Shown piece after piece: positions 1-9,394 of a stretch of 64,000 nt of DNA. The first letter of the stretch is position 1. Each line of letters starts with the position of its first letter. The stretch is taken from assembly GCA_036479435.1 (NCBI GenBank), contig JAZGFI010000170.1:32001-96000 (forward strand), given 5' to 3'. The notes under the pieces were generated by a model that saw only the letters and a list, made by a program, of their open reading frames with translations, did no database searches and was not told the DNA's origin. The stretch comes from Planctomycetota bacterium (GTDB lineage: Bacteria; Planctomycetota; GCA-002687715; DRQF01). Position numbers and translations under genes: made by a program.

Positions 1-11
1 AGACGGCGGTC

Positions 12-1151
12 TTAAGGAATCGTCATGATCTGAAGCTGACTGGTGAAGAAGGGCAACACCGGGTTGGTGGGGTAACCCAAGACCTGGGTGAAGATCTGAA
101 TGCCTGAAGGCAACAGTCCCGCCGGGATGACGAGCGCGTTGACCTTGCAGTTCACCGGGTGTCCCGTCATCGGCGGCACGCCGTAGTCGATCACGCCGAT
201 CGAGTTCGCGACGTTGAAGTCACCGATCAGCACGATGGGCTGGTTCGGGACGCTCACGATCGGGAAGGGAATCGGGTTCAAGAACAGCGAGAAGAGCAAG
301 CAGCAGCCGTATCCGTCCAAGAGGCCGAATTCGGTGGGGTAGCTGATGTCGCCGTTCATCAGAACTTCGGGATCGCCGATGAGCCAGTTGTTCGGGATCG
401 GGAAGCACTCGGGAGGAGCGACTTCGAGAACCACGAGCGCCGGCAAGAAGTCTTCGCCAATGCCGTCATCTTCGAGCGAGCCCATGAAGACGTGGAGACC
501 GATGCTCTCAGTCGGGACGCCAAACATGGCCGTGATAGCCGAGAAGTTGGGGATGGTGAACTCAATGTCACCAGCGCCAGCGACGGGCATAGCCGGGATC
601 GGTCCGACGTTGGCGGGCAAGGTGGCACCGAAGCGGTTGTAGGGGTCACTCAAAACGGCCTGGCCGGGAAAGGCCACGGTGCCATCGAAAACGGCAACGG
701 TGAATCCAGAGAGATCGGCGCCGGCGGGCACGCCTGCGACAAAGTCAATGATACCGTCGGAGTTGAGGTCCATTCCGAAGGTAAAGGACTCAGTTCCACC
801 GAAGTTCGCGCTATCAATGCCACCGTTCGCGGTGATCGAGGGATCGGTCACGCCGCCATCGCCGTTGCCATCTGCGTCACCTGCGATACCGAAGGTGTCG
901 ATGCCGACGAAGAGCGTGTCGGAATCATCGTGGTAGCTGAAAGCAACGCTGTTGATGTCCCAGCCGCTCACGACGCCGGGGATGGCCGCAGCGAGGTTGG
1001 CGGGGATACCGACGTCCATACCACCGGGATCAAGGGTGATTTGGGCACCCGCGAAGTCGGTCGCGACATCGCCGGTGAAGGTGATGACTTGCGCGCTGGC
1101 CAGGCCAGCGATCAAGAGCAGGGCAGCGAACCCCATCGTTAACTGTTTCAT
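12..1151 (-). CDS. Secreted acidic beta-rich protein of unknown function with a C-terminal lineage-specific module
   Basis: The 379-aa ORF has a signal peptide (MKQLTMGFAALLLIAGLASA-Q). It has Ca-binding-like DADGNGD and DLNSDG motifs and ends in IFTQVLGYPTNPVLPFFTSQLQIMTIP. A purine-rich RBS-like sequence lies upstream. Confidence 0.8.
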   Translation of the reverse strand: MKQLTMGFAALLLIAGLASAQVITFTGDVATDFAGAQITLDPGGMDVGIPANLAAAIPGVVSGWDINSVAFSYHDDSDTLFVGIDTFGIAGDADGNGDGGVTDPSITANGGIDSANFGGTESFTFGMDLNSDGIIDFVAGVPAGADLSGFTVAVFDGTVAFPGQAVLSDPYNRFGATLPANVGPIPAMPVAGAGDIEFTIPNFSAITAMFGVPTESIGLHVFMGSLEDDGIGEDFLPALVVLEVAPPECFPIPNNWLIGDPEVLMNGDISYPTEFGLLDGYGCCLLFSLFLNPIPFPIVSVPNQPIVLIGDFNVANSIGVIDYGVPPMTGHPVNCKVNALVIPAGLLPSGIQIFTQVLGYPTNPVLPFFTSQLQIMTIP

Positions 1152-1615
1152 GTATCTACTTCCTCTCTCGTCGAAGATGATGCTCAGGATGACCTTGAGG
1201 CGAGTCGGCGTTGGCCAGCTCAGCTTTCACGTCTGAATATGTTGTTTGTTCGAAAAGACAAATGTCGAATTGGGGAAAACACCTGCCAGCCTGCACCATT
1301 TGGTTTGGCGCAGATGCTTTCTGAACTCCGGGATAGTACTGACTGAGGGCCTGGGCACGCAAAGAAATTCCAATCTTGCTGCGGCCTTAGGCCGGTTCTC
1401 GAGCTGCTCGCCTCTTGCAGCCAAAAGCCAGGTCATAACCTCCTGTTAATAGCGTGTTTGCGCTCAAAGGAGGTAATTTGTCCCAGGGCCATTGTTTTGT
1501 GAATTTTCCGTAAACGAAGCAAATTAAGCTCTTTGAGTGGGGCCAAAACTCCCTTTTTGATGGGACTGAGTCGTTGCGGGCCTCATTTTTTGTCCCTCGA
1601 GGTCGACGGTTGCGA

Positions 1616-2296
1616 TCAAGCCTTTTTTTGAGCCACGAGGGCGAGACTGCCCACTCGTTGCCGAAAATCCTCGATGGCCCGGCGCTCGGATTCCGACTGG
1701 CCAGTCGTCTCAACGGCACGTGGATCGAGACAACGAAATCGCTCGCTGACTGCAAAGCCGTTTTCCTCGAGATGTCGTACCCATTCTTCGGCTGAAAGAA
1801 GGGTCATCTTGACGTCGAGTTCCTGAGGCCAGGAATGGCAATGAGGGTTTTCGGCGTAGTAGTCCGTCGCGACATAAAGGCGGCCTTTCGGCTTGAGGAC
1901 TCGCGCGATTTCTCTAAGCGCAGCATCGAAGTCGGTGGCGTAGTAAAGCGCCTCCATGCTGAAGATTTCTTCGAACTTGGCGTTGCTAAAAGGCAGCTTA
2001 GAGAAGCTTGCTCTGATGAACTGCAGGCGCGCGTCGCCGTGGCGTCGCGCCTTGGCGATCATGTTCTTGGCGAGGTCGACGCCCGTGACTTGGACCGGCG
2101 GCTTAGCGGCGATGCTTTGGCTGAGCATCCACCGTGCGGCCCAGCCGTTTCCACAACCCAAATCCAAGACATGAGTGCCGGCATTCAATTCCATACGACT
2201 CAGAAGTTGGGCTGCCCTCGGAAAGTGGCCGGACTCCATACCCTTGTCTCGGCCTCGTTGCGCCCATTCATCGAAGATTTCTTCAGCTGTTTTCAC
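1616..2296 (-). CDS. Class I SAM-dependent methyltransferase
   Basis: Motif I VLDLGCGNG, post-I VTGVD, and ARVLKPKGRL. Confidence 0.9.
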   Translation of the reverse strand: MKTAEEIFDEWAQRGRDKGMESGHFPRAAQLLSRMELNAGTHVLDLGCGNGWAARWMLSQSIAAKPPVQVTGVDLAKNMIAKARRHGDARLQFIRASFSKLPFSNAKFEEIFSMEALYYATDFDAALREIARVLKPKGRLYVATDYYAENPHCHSWPQELDVKMTLLSAEEWVRHLEENGFAVSERFRCLDPRAVETTGQSESERRAIEDFRQRVGSLALVAQKKA

Positions 2297-2367
2297 GGCA
2301 AGCCTCGTTTCCTGTCAGAGGCTTATGGCATGAACGAGCTACCTTTTGCAACCACTCGGGGAGCTAT

Positions 2368-3123
2368 ATGGCTGAAAATGACTCTGCCCAGGTCGGGCTG
2401 TTGCTCGACTTTGAAAACCTCGTGATTCCCTTTCAAAAAAAGAGCGCCTACAAGCCCGGTTCGCTGCCGCTGGCACCGGTGATTGACTTTCTCGAGGAGA
2501 ATTTCGGCAACGTCATTTTTCGTCGCGCCTATGCCGATTGGTCGAACCCCCCCTTCAAGGCTTACGAGAGAACTTTGCAAGACATGGGGGTCGAGATGAT
2601 CCACGTTTGTCGCCGTACCCGTGCCTCGAAGAAGAACGGTGCCGACATTCTCTTGACGGCTGACGCCGTCGAGTGCCTGCTCTTGCGCCCCTTCATTACC
2701 GACTACGCAATCGTCAGTGGCGATAGCGATATCGGTCCCTTGGTGACGAAACTCAAATCCCACGGCAAGACGGTGATCGTCATCGGTCCGGACAAAGAAT
2801 CAACCGCCAAGCACGTCATCGAGCTGGCGGATCGTTTCAAGTTCTATGCCGACATTGCGCAGCCACCCTCTGAACGCCCCTCGACGCGAGGTCGGCGTAG
2901 TCGCCTCAGTCCCGAAATGGCGGTGGTCAGGATTTTGGAGGAGCGCAACGAAGCGATGGAAAGCGCGTCCTTGAAGCGAGAGCTCTGCAGCCAGCCGGGA
3001 TTTGCCGACTTCAATCAAAAGGCCTTCGGGTTTAGGACCTGGACGAGTTTTCTGCGTTCGATCGATGGTGTCGTGATCCAGCATCGCAGCGACCTCGGCG
3101 TCGAAGTTGACCTTCGCGATTAA
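2368..3123 (+). CDS. NYN domain (LabA/DUF88, PIN-like) protein with C-terminal OST-HTH/LOTUS-like domain
   Basis: Motifs LLLDFEN, RRAYADW, KNGADI, IVSGDSD, and C-terminal DFNQKAFGFRTWTSFL. I moved the start to the ATG at 2368, which follows a GGAG RBS. Confidence 0.88.
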   Translation: MAENDSAQVGLLLDFENLVIPFQKKSAYKPGSLPLAPVIDFLEENFGNVIFRRAYADWSNPPFKAYERTLQDMGVEMIHVCRRTRASKKNGADILLTADAVECLLLRPFITDYAIVSGDSDIGPLVTKLKSHGKTVIVIGPDKESTAKHVIELADRFKFYADIAQPPSERPSTRGRRSRLSPEMAVVRILEERNEAMESASLKRELCSQPGFADFNQKAFGFRTWTSFLRSIDGVVIQHRSDLGVEVDLRD

Positions 3124-3497
3124 GCGGTCGATTTCGATTGAGAATTGTGTCGAGAGATGAAACGATGTCACGTCGGCTCAGGCGGCCGGGGCCGATCGCG
3201 TCGAGCTGCTCGCAGATTTAGGAGCGGGTGGCCTAAGCGCTAGCATCGGCTTTCTCGAACTCGCGGTGAGCGCGGCCCCGCAGCTTGAGTGTGTCGCCTT
3301 GATTCGATCTCGTGCCGGAGATTTTCGCTACGACCCCGGCGAAATGGAGGTCATGCATCGCTATTTCCAGCGCGCGGCGGGATAGGGGATTTCGTCTTTG
3401 GCCTTGGGAGCCATTATTCACAGCAGCGACAGGTCTCTATTGCCCCCGAGCCGCGGATTTCGCCATCATCAAGTCTTTGTGCGACATCGTTGCCTAA
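3107..3497 (+). pseudogene. cutC: Copper homeostasis protein CutC pseudogene with in-frame stops and an apparent internal deletion
   Basis: The frame from 3137 reads IENCVER*NDVTSAQAAGADRVELLADLGAGGLSASIGFLE...LIRSRAGDFRYDPGEMEVM...AAG*GISSLALGA. This matches the CutC motifs GADRIEL, GGLTPS and IRPRxGDFxY. Stops are TGA at 3158-3160 and TAG at 3383-3385. The boundaries are approximate. Confidence 0.8.
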
Positions 3498-3538
3498 CTC
3501 GCCAGCTTGGCAAGAAGGGCTAAGTCGGGAGCCCTAGA

Positions 3539-4426
3539 CTATTCACTTTCAAGCCGACTGATGAGAGCATTGACAAAGTCGGTCGCGGCTTGCGGGCGGT
3601 GACGAAAAAACAATGAGGGCTCTATTTGCTCGAATTCGTTCAGCATCGGACGGCCGTCTGATGCAAACAACAGGTCTACGCGCGCATAGAGTGCGCGCGC
3701 GGGAAGCACTTTCAATAGGGACTCAGCCAGCTCAAGAGCTGCAGCGGGAGGCGTGACGGGAAAGTCCTTCGCGCCAAAGTCGTCTTGGACTCGATAGTCT
3801 CCGGCCACCGGGACTTTTTGCACGGCGTGGCTGAATTCGTGATCAAAGTAAATCAGGGACAACTCGCCTTTTGTCTGCACCGACTTAAGAAATGGTTGCA
3901 GCAAAAAGATGCCGTCGCCTTGGTGCTCATCGAGGTGTTGTTGAGCAGTCTCGATGGACTCGGCATTGTCGTTGAAGGGGAGCGTTTGCTGAGACCCGAC
4001 GCCGACTGCGGGCTTTAGGAACGCAGATCTCCAGCCTTTTTCCTTGAGAATGACAGCGAGCTCATGCCGAGTTCCAGATTCGAGCCAATGGGTGGGAACA
4101 GTTGGGATGCCGGCCGCTTCCAGCGCTCGCAAGTAGCGTTTGTCGAGATTGGCTTCGATCAAGACCAAAGGATTGAACAAGCGGATCTTGACCGCGGTCG
4201 AGCGCAGCCAGTTTCGAAAATCCTCTAGGTGTTGGGTGTAGTCCCAAGTGGTTCGCACCAAGCAGGCGTCGAAACTCGACCAGTTCGCTTTAGGGTCGTT
4301 CCAAACAACCGGCGTATGATCGATTCCACGCTTTTTCAGAGCCGCATGCAGGAAATCATCGTCGCATTCGAACTCGGGGAGCGTCGAACAGGTTGCCAGC
4401 GCAATCTTCCACGACTTCAGACTCAT
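3539..4426 (-). CDS. ATP-grasp domain protein (RimK/glutathione synthetase-like)
   Basis: Motifs RTTWDY, DKRYL, KPAVG, QPFL, GELSL, DYRVQ, YARVD and NEFEQIEPSLF. Confidence 0.88.
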   Translation of the reverse strand: MSLKSWKIALATCSTLPEFECDDDFLHAALKKRGIDHTPVVWNDPKANWSSFDACLVRTTWDYTQHLEDFRNWLRSTAVKIRLFNPLVLIEANLDKRYLRALEAAGIPTVPTHWLESGTRHELAVILKEKGWRSAFLKPAVGVGSQQTLPFNDNAESIETAQQHLDEHQGDGIFLLQPFLKSVQTKGELSLIYFDHEFSHAVQKVPVAGDYRVQDDFGAKDFPVTPPAAALELAESLLKVLPARALYARVDLLFASDGRPMLNEFEQIEPSLFFRHRPQAATDFVNALISRLESE

Positions 4427-4477
4427 TTGGGACCTCCGTTCAGCTCAGACTCATCTTAGTTGCTATTGTCTCGCTCT

Positions 4478-6754
4478 ATGGTCGAATCAACAAGCAAGTC
4501 GGAGTCTGAGATCGACACCGCTCCAGTCGCGATGATGTCCGGCGCGATGGAGGTGGCGAGGTGGCGCGTGTTCCTGGGGGTCACGTTTATCCTCGTCACT
4601 TTGGGATTCGCCTACCGCTCAGTTTGGGAGGCCGGGTTCATCTGGGACGACGATGCTTACGTCGAAAACAATCGGACCTTGCGGAGCCCGGAAGGCCTCG
4701 CGAAGATCTGGACCGATCCCAAAGCGACTCCCCAGTACTACCCCTTGGTTCACAGCTCTTACTGGATCGAATACAGATTTGCCGAGCAGAACCCAAGAAC
4801 CTACCACCTCACAAACGTAATCCTGCACGCGCTGAGCGCGATGTGTTTGTGGGGCCTGCTCGCACGGCTTCGGCTCCCCGGGGCCTTTTGGGCCGCCTTG
4901 TTGTTCGCGCTCCATCCGGTCCAGGTCGAATCTGTCGCTTGGATTACGGAGCGAAAAAACGTCCTTTCGGGCCTGTTCTACTTCCTCACGTTTCACGCTT
5001 GGCTGAGTTTTAGATCGCCGCCTGATCGTCGGCGCTACTGGCCGGCCTACGCACTTACCTTATTGCTGTTTGCCGCCGCGATTCTCTCAAAAACCGTGAC
5101 CTGTACCTGGCCTTGTGTTGCGGCCCTCGTGATTTGGTGGAAGTCGGGACGCCTTCGTTGGCGCGATCTTTTGGAACTCGCGCCCTTTTTATGGCTGGGG
5201 GTCATGCAGGGCCTATTGACGGCGAAGCTGGAGACGACCCATGTCCTTGCCGTTGGCGAGGCCTGGGACATCAGTTTTGGCGAGCGTATCCTGATTGCGG
5301 GTCGCGCCATCTGGTTTTATTTGGGCAAAGTTGTTTGGCCTTACCCTTTGGCTTTTTCCTACGAACGATGGTCGCTCAGTACGGGCGCATGGATGCAATG
5401 GCTGGCCCCGATTGCGGTGCTTGTCGCCAGTCTTCGGCTATTTATCTGTCGCCATCGCTGGGGCCGCGGACCGCTCGTCGCCTGGCTTATTTTCATCGGG
5501 ACGCTTTTTCCCGCGCTGGGATTTGTCAACGTCTATCCGATGCGCTTCTCCTTCGTCGCCGACCACTTTCAATACCTCGCTATCGCGGCAGCTATTGCCT
5601 TTTTGGTGGGCGGCGGCGCACGCGTGGCTGCCCGTCGCGGTCGAGTTGGCAGAGCCCTGTTCTTCGTGCTTTGTCTGCTGCTTGCAGCGCTTGCCGCTTG
5701 GCGCACGGCAGAACAAACGCGCATTTACGACAGCCGAGAAACGCTGTGGCGAGACACGATCGACAAGACGCCAGATTCTGGCCTCGCCCACAACAACTTG
5801 GGCATCTTGCTCTTTGGCCGCGGCGAGTTCAGCGAAGCGCTGACACACTTTAGAGCGGCCCTCGTCAGCAATCAAAACGAACCGGAGCTTCGAGCGCAGG
5901 CCGCAACGGCCCTCAGTCGTCTCGGCCGTCATGACGAGGCCACGGCTGAGCTCGAAAAAGCTCTGGAGTTACAACCTGACAACGCCTTTGTCGAAGACGC
6001 CTACGCGAGTTTGTTGATCACGCAGGGACGACATCTGCAAGCTCTGCGAAAAGCCGAACGGGCCTATGTCCTGGACGCACGATTCGCGTCGGCGCTGACG
6101 ACCAAGGGCGTCGCTTTGCACAATTTAGGACGCAGCGCCGAGGCGCTGGAGGCTTTCGATGCCGCGATTGCGCAAGATCCCATGCTCGTCAGTGCCTGGA
6201 ACGGCCGGGGTTTAATCATGATGGTCCTTAACGACACGGATGCGGCGGTCGAGGCTTTCGCCAAGGCTCAGGCACTCGCGCCCCACAACCGCGAGATCGG
6301 GCTGAACCTGGTGCAAGTATTGGGGCGATCAGGGCGGGCTTCGGAGGGATTGCAGTTGCTCCGGTATCTAAGGAACGCGGGTTTGCGCGGGCTCGAAACG
6401 GATCTCGTGGAGGCGGGCCTATTGTTGAAATGTGGCCGCAGCGAAGATGCCTGGCGTCAATATCAACTCATTGCCCGAGCCCCCGCCCACCACGCTATTC
6501 GCCGCGCCGCACGCCGTGGGAGTGTTCGCTGCCTGGCGGCGGCGGGGCGGCATGACGACGCGAAAAAACTCGCTCGCAAAGAGCTGGAGTCCACGCGTTC
6601 CGATCCTGCAGCTTGGCGTCTCCTTGCGGGATTGTCTTTGGCCACCGGCGGGAAGGAGGCCGTCGCCGAGATTTGGCGAGAGGCGCGACTTTGGGCGCAG
6701 CGCGCCGGGCGCGAAGACTTGGTGCACCTTTTCGATGCGGAGGCGGCGAAATAG
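4478..6754 (+). CDS. TMTC-like GT-C membrane glycosyltransferase (protein O-mannosyltransferase-like) with C-terminal TPR repeats
   Basis: GFIWDD acidic motif after TM1, YYPL, LFALHPVQVESVAWITERK, SK motif, ADHFQY, LWRDT..K.P, then TPRs (AHNNLG). The start codon is uncertain (about 4460-4535). Confidence 0.85.
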   Translation: MVESTSKSESEIDTAPVAMMSGAMEVARWRVFLGVTFILVTLGFAYRSVWEAGFIWDDDAYVENNRTLRSPEGLAKIWTDPKATPQYYPLVHSSYWIEYRFAEQNPRTYHLTNVILHALSAMCLWGLLARLRLPGAFWAALLFALHPVQVESVAWITERKNVLSGLFYFLTFHAWLSFRSPPDRRRYWPAYALTLLLFAAAILSKTVTCTWPCVAALVIWWKSGRLRWRDLLELAPFLWLGVMQGLLTAKLETTHVLAVGEAWDISFGERILIAGRAIWFYLGKVVWPYPLAFSYERWSLSTGAWMQWLAPIAVLVASLRLFICRHRWGRGPLVAWLIFIGTLFPALGFVNVYPMRFSFVADHFQYLAIAAAIAFLVGGGARVAARRGRVGRALFFVLCLLLAALAAWRTAEQTRIYDSRETLWRDTIDKTPDSGLAHNNLGILLFGRGEFSEALTHFRAALVSNQNEPELRAQAATALSRLGRHDEATAELEKALELQPDNAFVEDAYASLLITQGRHLQALRKAERAYVLDARFASALTTKGVALHNLGRSAEALEAFDAAIAQDPMLVSAWNGRGLIMMVLNDTDAAVEAFAKAQALAPHNREIGLNLVQVLGRSGRASEGLQLLRYLRNAGLRGLETDLVEAGLLLKCGRSEDAWRQYQLIARAPAHHAIRRAARRGSVRCLAAAGRHDDAKKLARKELESTRSDPAAWRLLAGLSLATGGKEAVAEIWREARLWAQRAGREDLVHLFDAEAAK

Positions 6755-6755
6755 A

Positions 6756-6789
6756 ACGAGGCCCCGCGATGATGGTGGCGGGGCCTCGT
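6756..6789. terminator. GC-rich hairpin between convergent genes, a probable terminator
   Basis: Perfect 12-bp inverted repeat acgaggccccgc / gcggggcctcgt. There is no strong U-tract. Confidence 0.55.
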
Positions 6790-6820
6790 GCATCGAATTG
6801 CGTGATCGTGGCGACGATCT

Positions 6821-9175
6821 CTAAAAGAGAATAAAGGTCCCGAAGGGCACCGCCGCGCCGCTGCCGGTTTCGAGGGCAGTCCAGAGCGAAAGCGCGGGTT
6901 GCGTTCCAATCGGAATGAGCTCTAAGATTGAATCCGGAGCCATGGTCGAGGAATAAGTGCCGAGAACGTTCGAGATTCCCGTTCCTAAGCCGTCGCTGAG
7001 GTCGGTGTCGGGTCCCACGGTGTCGTCGCCGTCGGTGATGCCGATGATGAGGTCGTGGTTGTTCGACGCTGGAGTCACATCGGCGAGGTAGTTGCTGAGA
7101 TCGAAAGTGATCGAACCGGGGCCGAAACAACCAAAGCACACCGAAGCCGAGCCCGCGGGGCTTTGAGTGTCCCAGTGATCTTGGTTTTTGAACTCGACCA
7201 TCGTCGATCCCAAGGTGAGGTCTTCGGTGACTTCGAAGGTTGCGGCGGCGTTGGCCGGATTGTTTAGGTCTGAGTAGATCACCGCGACCAAGGGGTTGGG
7301 AGTAACTGTTGGGGGGACAACCAAGCCCGCGAAAACCTCGGGGATCGACTCCTCGAAGTTCAAGATGGCAGAGCCGAAGGTGATGTAGCCGTAGCGGGAA
7401 ATCCAGAAGCTCGAGTAGGATACGCCGTAATAATTGATGGTGTTAGCCGTCAGGTTATGCAACTGAGATTGACTGTTGGCGTTACTGAAGACGCTCAGTG
7501 GATAGCTCGTAAACAAGCTCGTTGCGGTGGCCAACTGCAAGGTTTTGGTGATGACGGTGCCGCTGTTGAAGGTCACCTGGACGTCGATGGGACCGGGCAT
7601 AAAACCCGCCGCCGTGAAGGCCGGGGTGACAATCTGTAAACCTTCGCCGTTGCGGAAGGGCGAAGTGGCGGGGTTGTTGGCAAGGGCCGGGGCCGCGGTG
7701 TTACTGCCGTCGAAAATTCCGATCACGGTGCCCGGCAGGGCGATGCCGTTGGGATCGAAGATAACGCTGCCACCTAATCCGCTAGTGCCGTCGTTGAAGT
7801 TGAGAAATTTGCCGACCAAGTTGACGGTTTCGGCGCCGATGGCATCTAGGGACGCCACATCGGCCCCCAAGAAGTCGTCAAGAGCCGGAGCACTTGGCTG
7901 GCTCGTGTAGCCCGCGTCTCCCGGTATGAACACCCAGGGGTTCGGGACAAAGGTCACCGATTGTGCATTCCAGCTATGCATACTGGAATAGGCGCGCGGC
8001 GTCCCCATTCCGTCGAAGCCCAGTAGACTGTTGGCGGTACCGGAGGCGTCGTGCTCTTCGAGCTGCGCCAAGCCAGGACCGACGATTTGGGAAGAGTGGA
8101 GGTCAAGGTCTCCGGGAGTACCCGCAAGGAGCGCGCCCCCTGGAGTATGGCCGATAATGCCGTCACCGTTTTGGCTGGTTGCCGTCGGGTCCGTAACCAA
8201 GATGTCGACGGTGAACTCGCCTTCGAGCGGGTTGACGACCAAGGGGTCACTCAGTTCGAGACGAACTTCGAAGTTGTTGCTGTCGTTGCCGAGGAAATGA
8301 TCGATGCCGGTCGGGTCAACCGCCGGGTCTCCGAAGGCGATGCGCACAGAGTTTCCGATTTCTTCGTAGAGCAAGGATTCCATTCCAGCTTGGTTTTGCC
8401 AGTCAGCAACCCAAGCTGCGATCGAAGGCGTACCGAGGGCGAAGGCAACCGTGTCGGTGTTGAATCCGGGCGGCGAGTAGGAAGTAGCGGTGCCAAAAGA
8501 AAGGATGCCTTTTGAACCGATCCACACGCTGGTATAGGCCACGCCGTGAAAGTTGAAGGTGCGACCCGCCAGGAAGCCGACATTAACGGAACCAAGTGAG
8601 CCGGTTTGAATGGGGAGGATCTGGCCCGCGACGAAGTTGGCGTCGACGGCTTCCGTCATATCGAGGAAAAAAGGCTGAGTGGGGTCTTCCACAATCGCCT
8701 GCAAGGCGTAGTGCGAGCCAGCCAGCCCGGCGGATGCCGTCAGGTCAAAGTCAAAGCGCGGAGGAGTGCTTGTCGTCAAGTCTCCGGAGTCGGTGGCGAA
8801 AAAGCCGTCGAGGGGGCCGGAACTGAGGTTGATGCCGTCGCCTAAGATGTCGATGACCATGGGCACTGAAGGCGCGAACACGCCGATGTCGACGCTGCCG
8901 CCCCAGGGGACTGGGAATACGGATCCCGTCGGGTCGATGACGCTGCCCAACAAGATCAAGGGCGCGTTAGGATTGGCGTTGCTTTCGATGTCAATATCGA
9001 AGGGGCCAGGGACAAAGACGTTGACGTTGTGAGCGGTGGGGTCGGCCACGCTCGGCGTCATCTGTTGGAGTCTGAAGACGGCGTTCGGGCCGTCTGTGTC
9101 AAATTGGCCGACGGCCGTCGAAACGGAGCCGATTAGCAGCCAGAGCGCAGCAAGTGAGACGATTGAGATTCTCAT
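6821..9175 (-). CDS. Large secreted protein with an N-terminal lineage-specific module, two NIDO-like regions and an IPT/TIG-like domain
   Basis: The signal peptide starts at ATG 9175 (MRISIVSLAALWLL...). There are two related segments, FNFHGVAYTSVWIGSKGILSFG and INYYGVSYSSFWISRYGYITFG. The IPT-like segment reads VNLVGKF...LQIVTPA...GPIDVQVTF. Confidence 0.7.
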   Translation of the reverse strand: MRISIVSLAALWLLIGSVSTAVGQFDTDGPNAVFRLQQMTPSVADPTAHNVNVFVPGPFDIDIESNANPNAPLILLGSVIDPTGSVFPVPWGGSVDIGVFAPSVPMVIDILGDGINLSSGPLDGFFATDSGDLTTSTPPRFDFDLTASAGLAGSHYALQAIVEDPTQPFFLDMTEAVDANFVAGQILPIQTGSLGSVNVGFLAGRTFNFHGVAYTSVWIGSKGILSFGTATSYSPPGFNTDTVAFALGTPSIAAWVADWQNQAGMESLLYEEIGNSVRIAFGDPAVDPTGIDHFLGNDSNNFEVRLELSDPLVVNPLEGEFTVDILVTDPTATSQNGDGIIGHTPGGALLAGTPGDLDLHSSQIVGPGLAQLEEHDASGTANSLLGFDGMGTPRAYSSMHSWNAQSVTFVPNPWVFIPGDAGYTSQPSAPALDDFLGADVASLDAIGAETVNLVGKFLNFNDGTSGLGGSVIFDPNGIALPGTVIGIFDGSNTAAPALANNPATSPFRNGEGLQIVTPAFTAAGFMPGPIDVQVTFNSGTVITKTLQLATATSLFTSYPLSVFSNANSQSQLHNLTANTINYYGVSYSSFWISRYGYITFGSAILNFEESIPEVFAGLVVPPTVTPNPLVAVIYSDLNNPANAAATFEVTEDLTLGSTMVEFKNQDHWDTQSPAGSASVCFGCFGPGSITFDLSNYLADVTPASNNHDLIIGITDGDDTVGPDTDLSDGLGTGISNVLGTYSSTMAPDSILELIPIGTQPALSLWTALETGSGAAVPFGTFILF

Positions 9176-9394
9176 CGAACAGTGCCTTCCGGTGATATGG
9201 CAAGAGTGAATGGGTTCGTGGGATCGTAGAGTCGCAGCGGCGCCTGTGAAGTTTGTCGCCGCAAGGCGCGATTCTAACAAGCTGGGCGGTCAAGATCAGT
9301 TGGCTTGCAATCGCTTGGCAACTTGGCGCTTCCAAGCGGTGGGGGCTTGGGTTAACCTCCTTGTCAACTGTAGCTTGTGGAAGAGGGATAGTTC

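Noticed and set aside
159..1142. 327-aa plus-strand ORF
   Set aside because: It is the antisense shadow of 12-1151, which has the signal peptide and coherent composition.
3158..3385. In-frame TGA/TAG in cutC as possible selenocysteine or pyrrolysine recoding
   Set aside because: The two stops are different codons at non-catalytic positions, the gene is also truncated, and other genes use TGA and TAG as normal stops. Decay is the simpler explanation.
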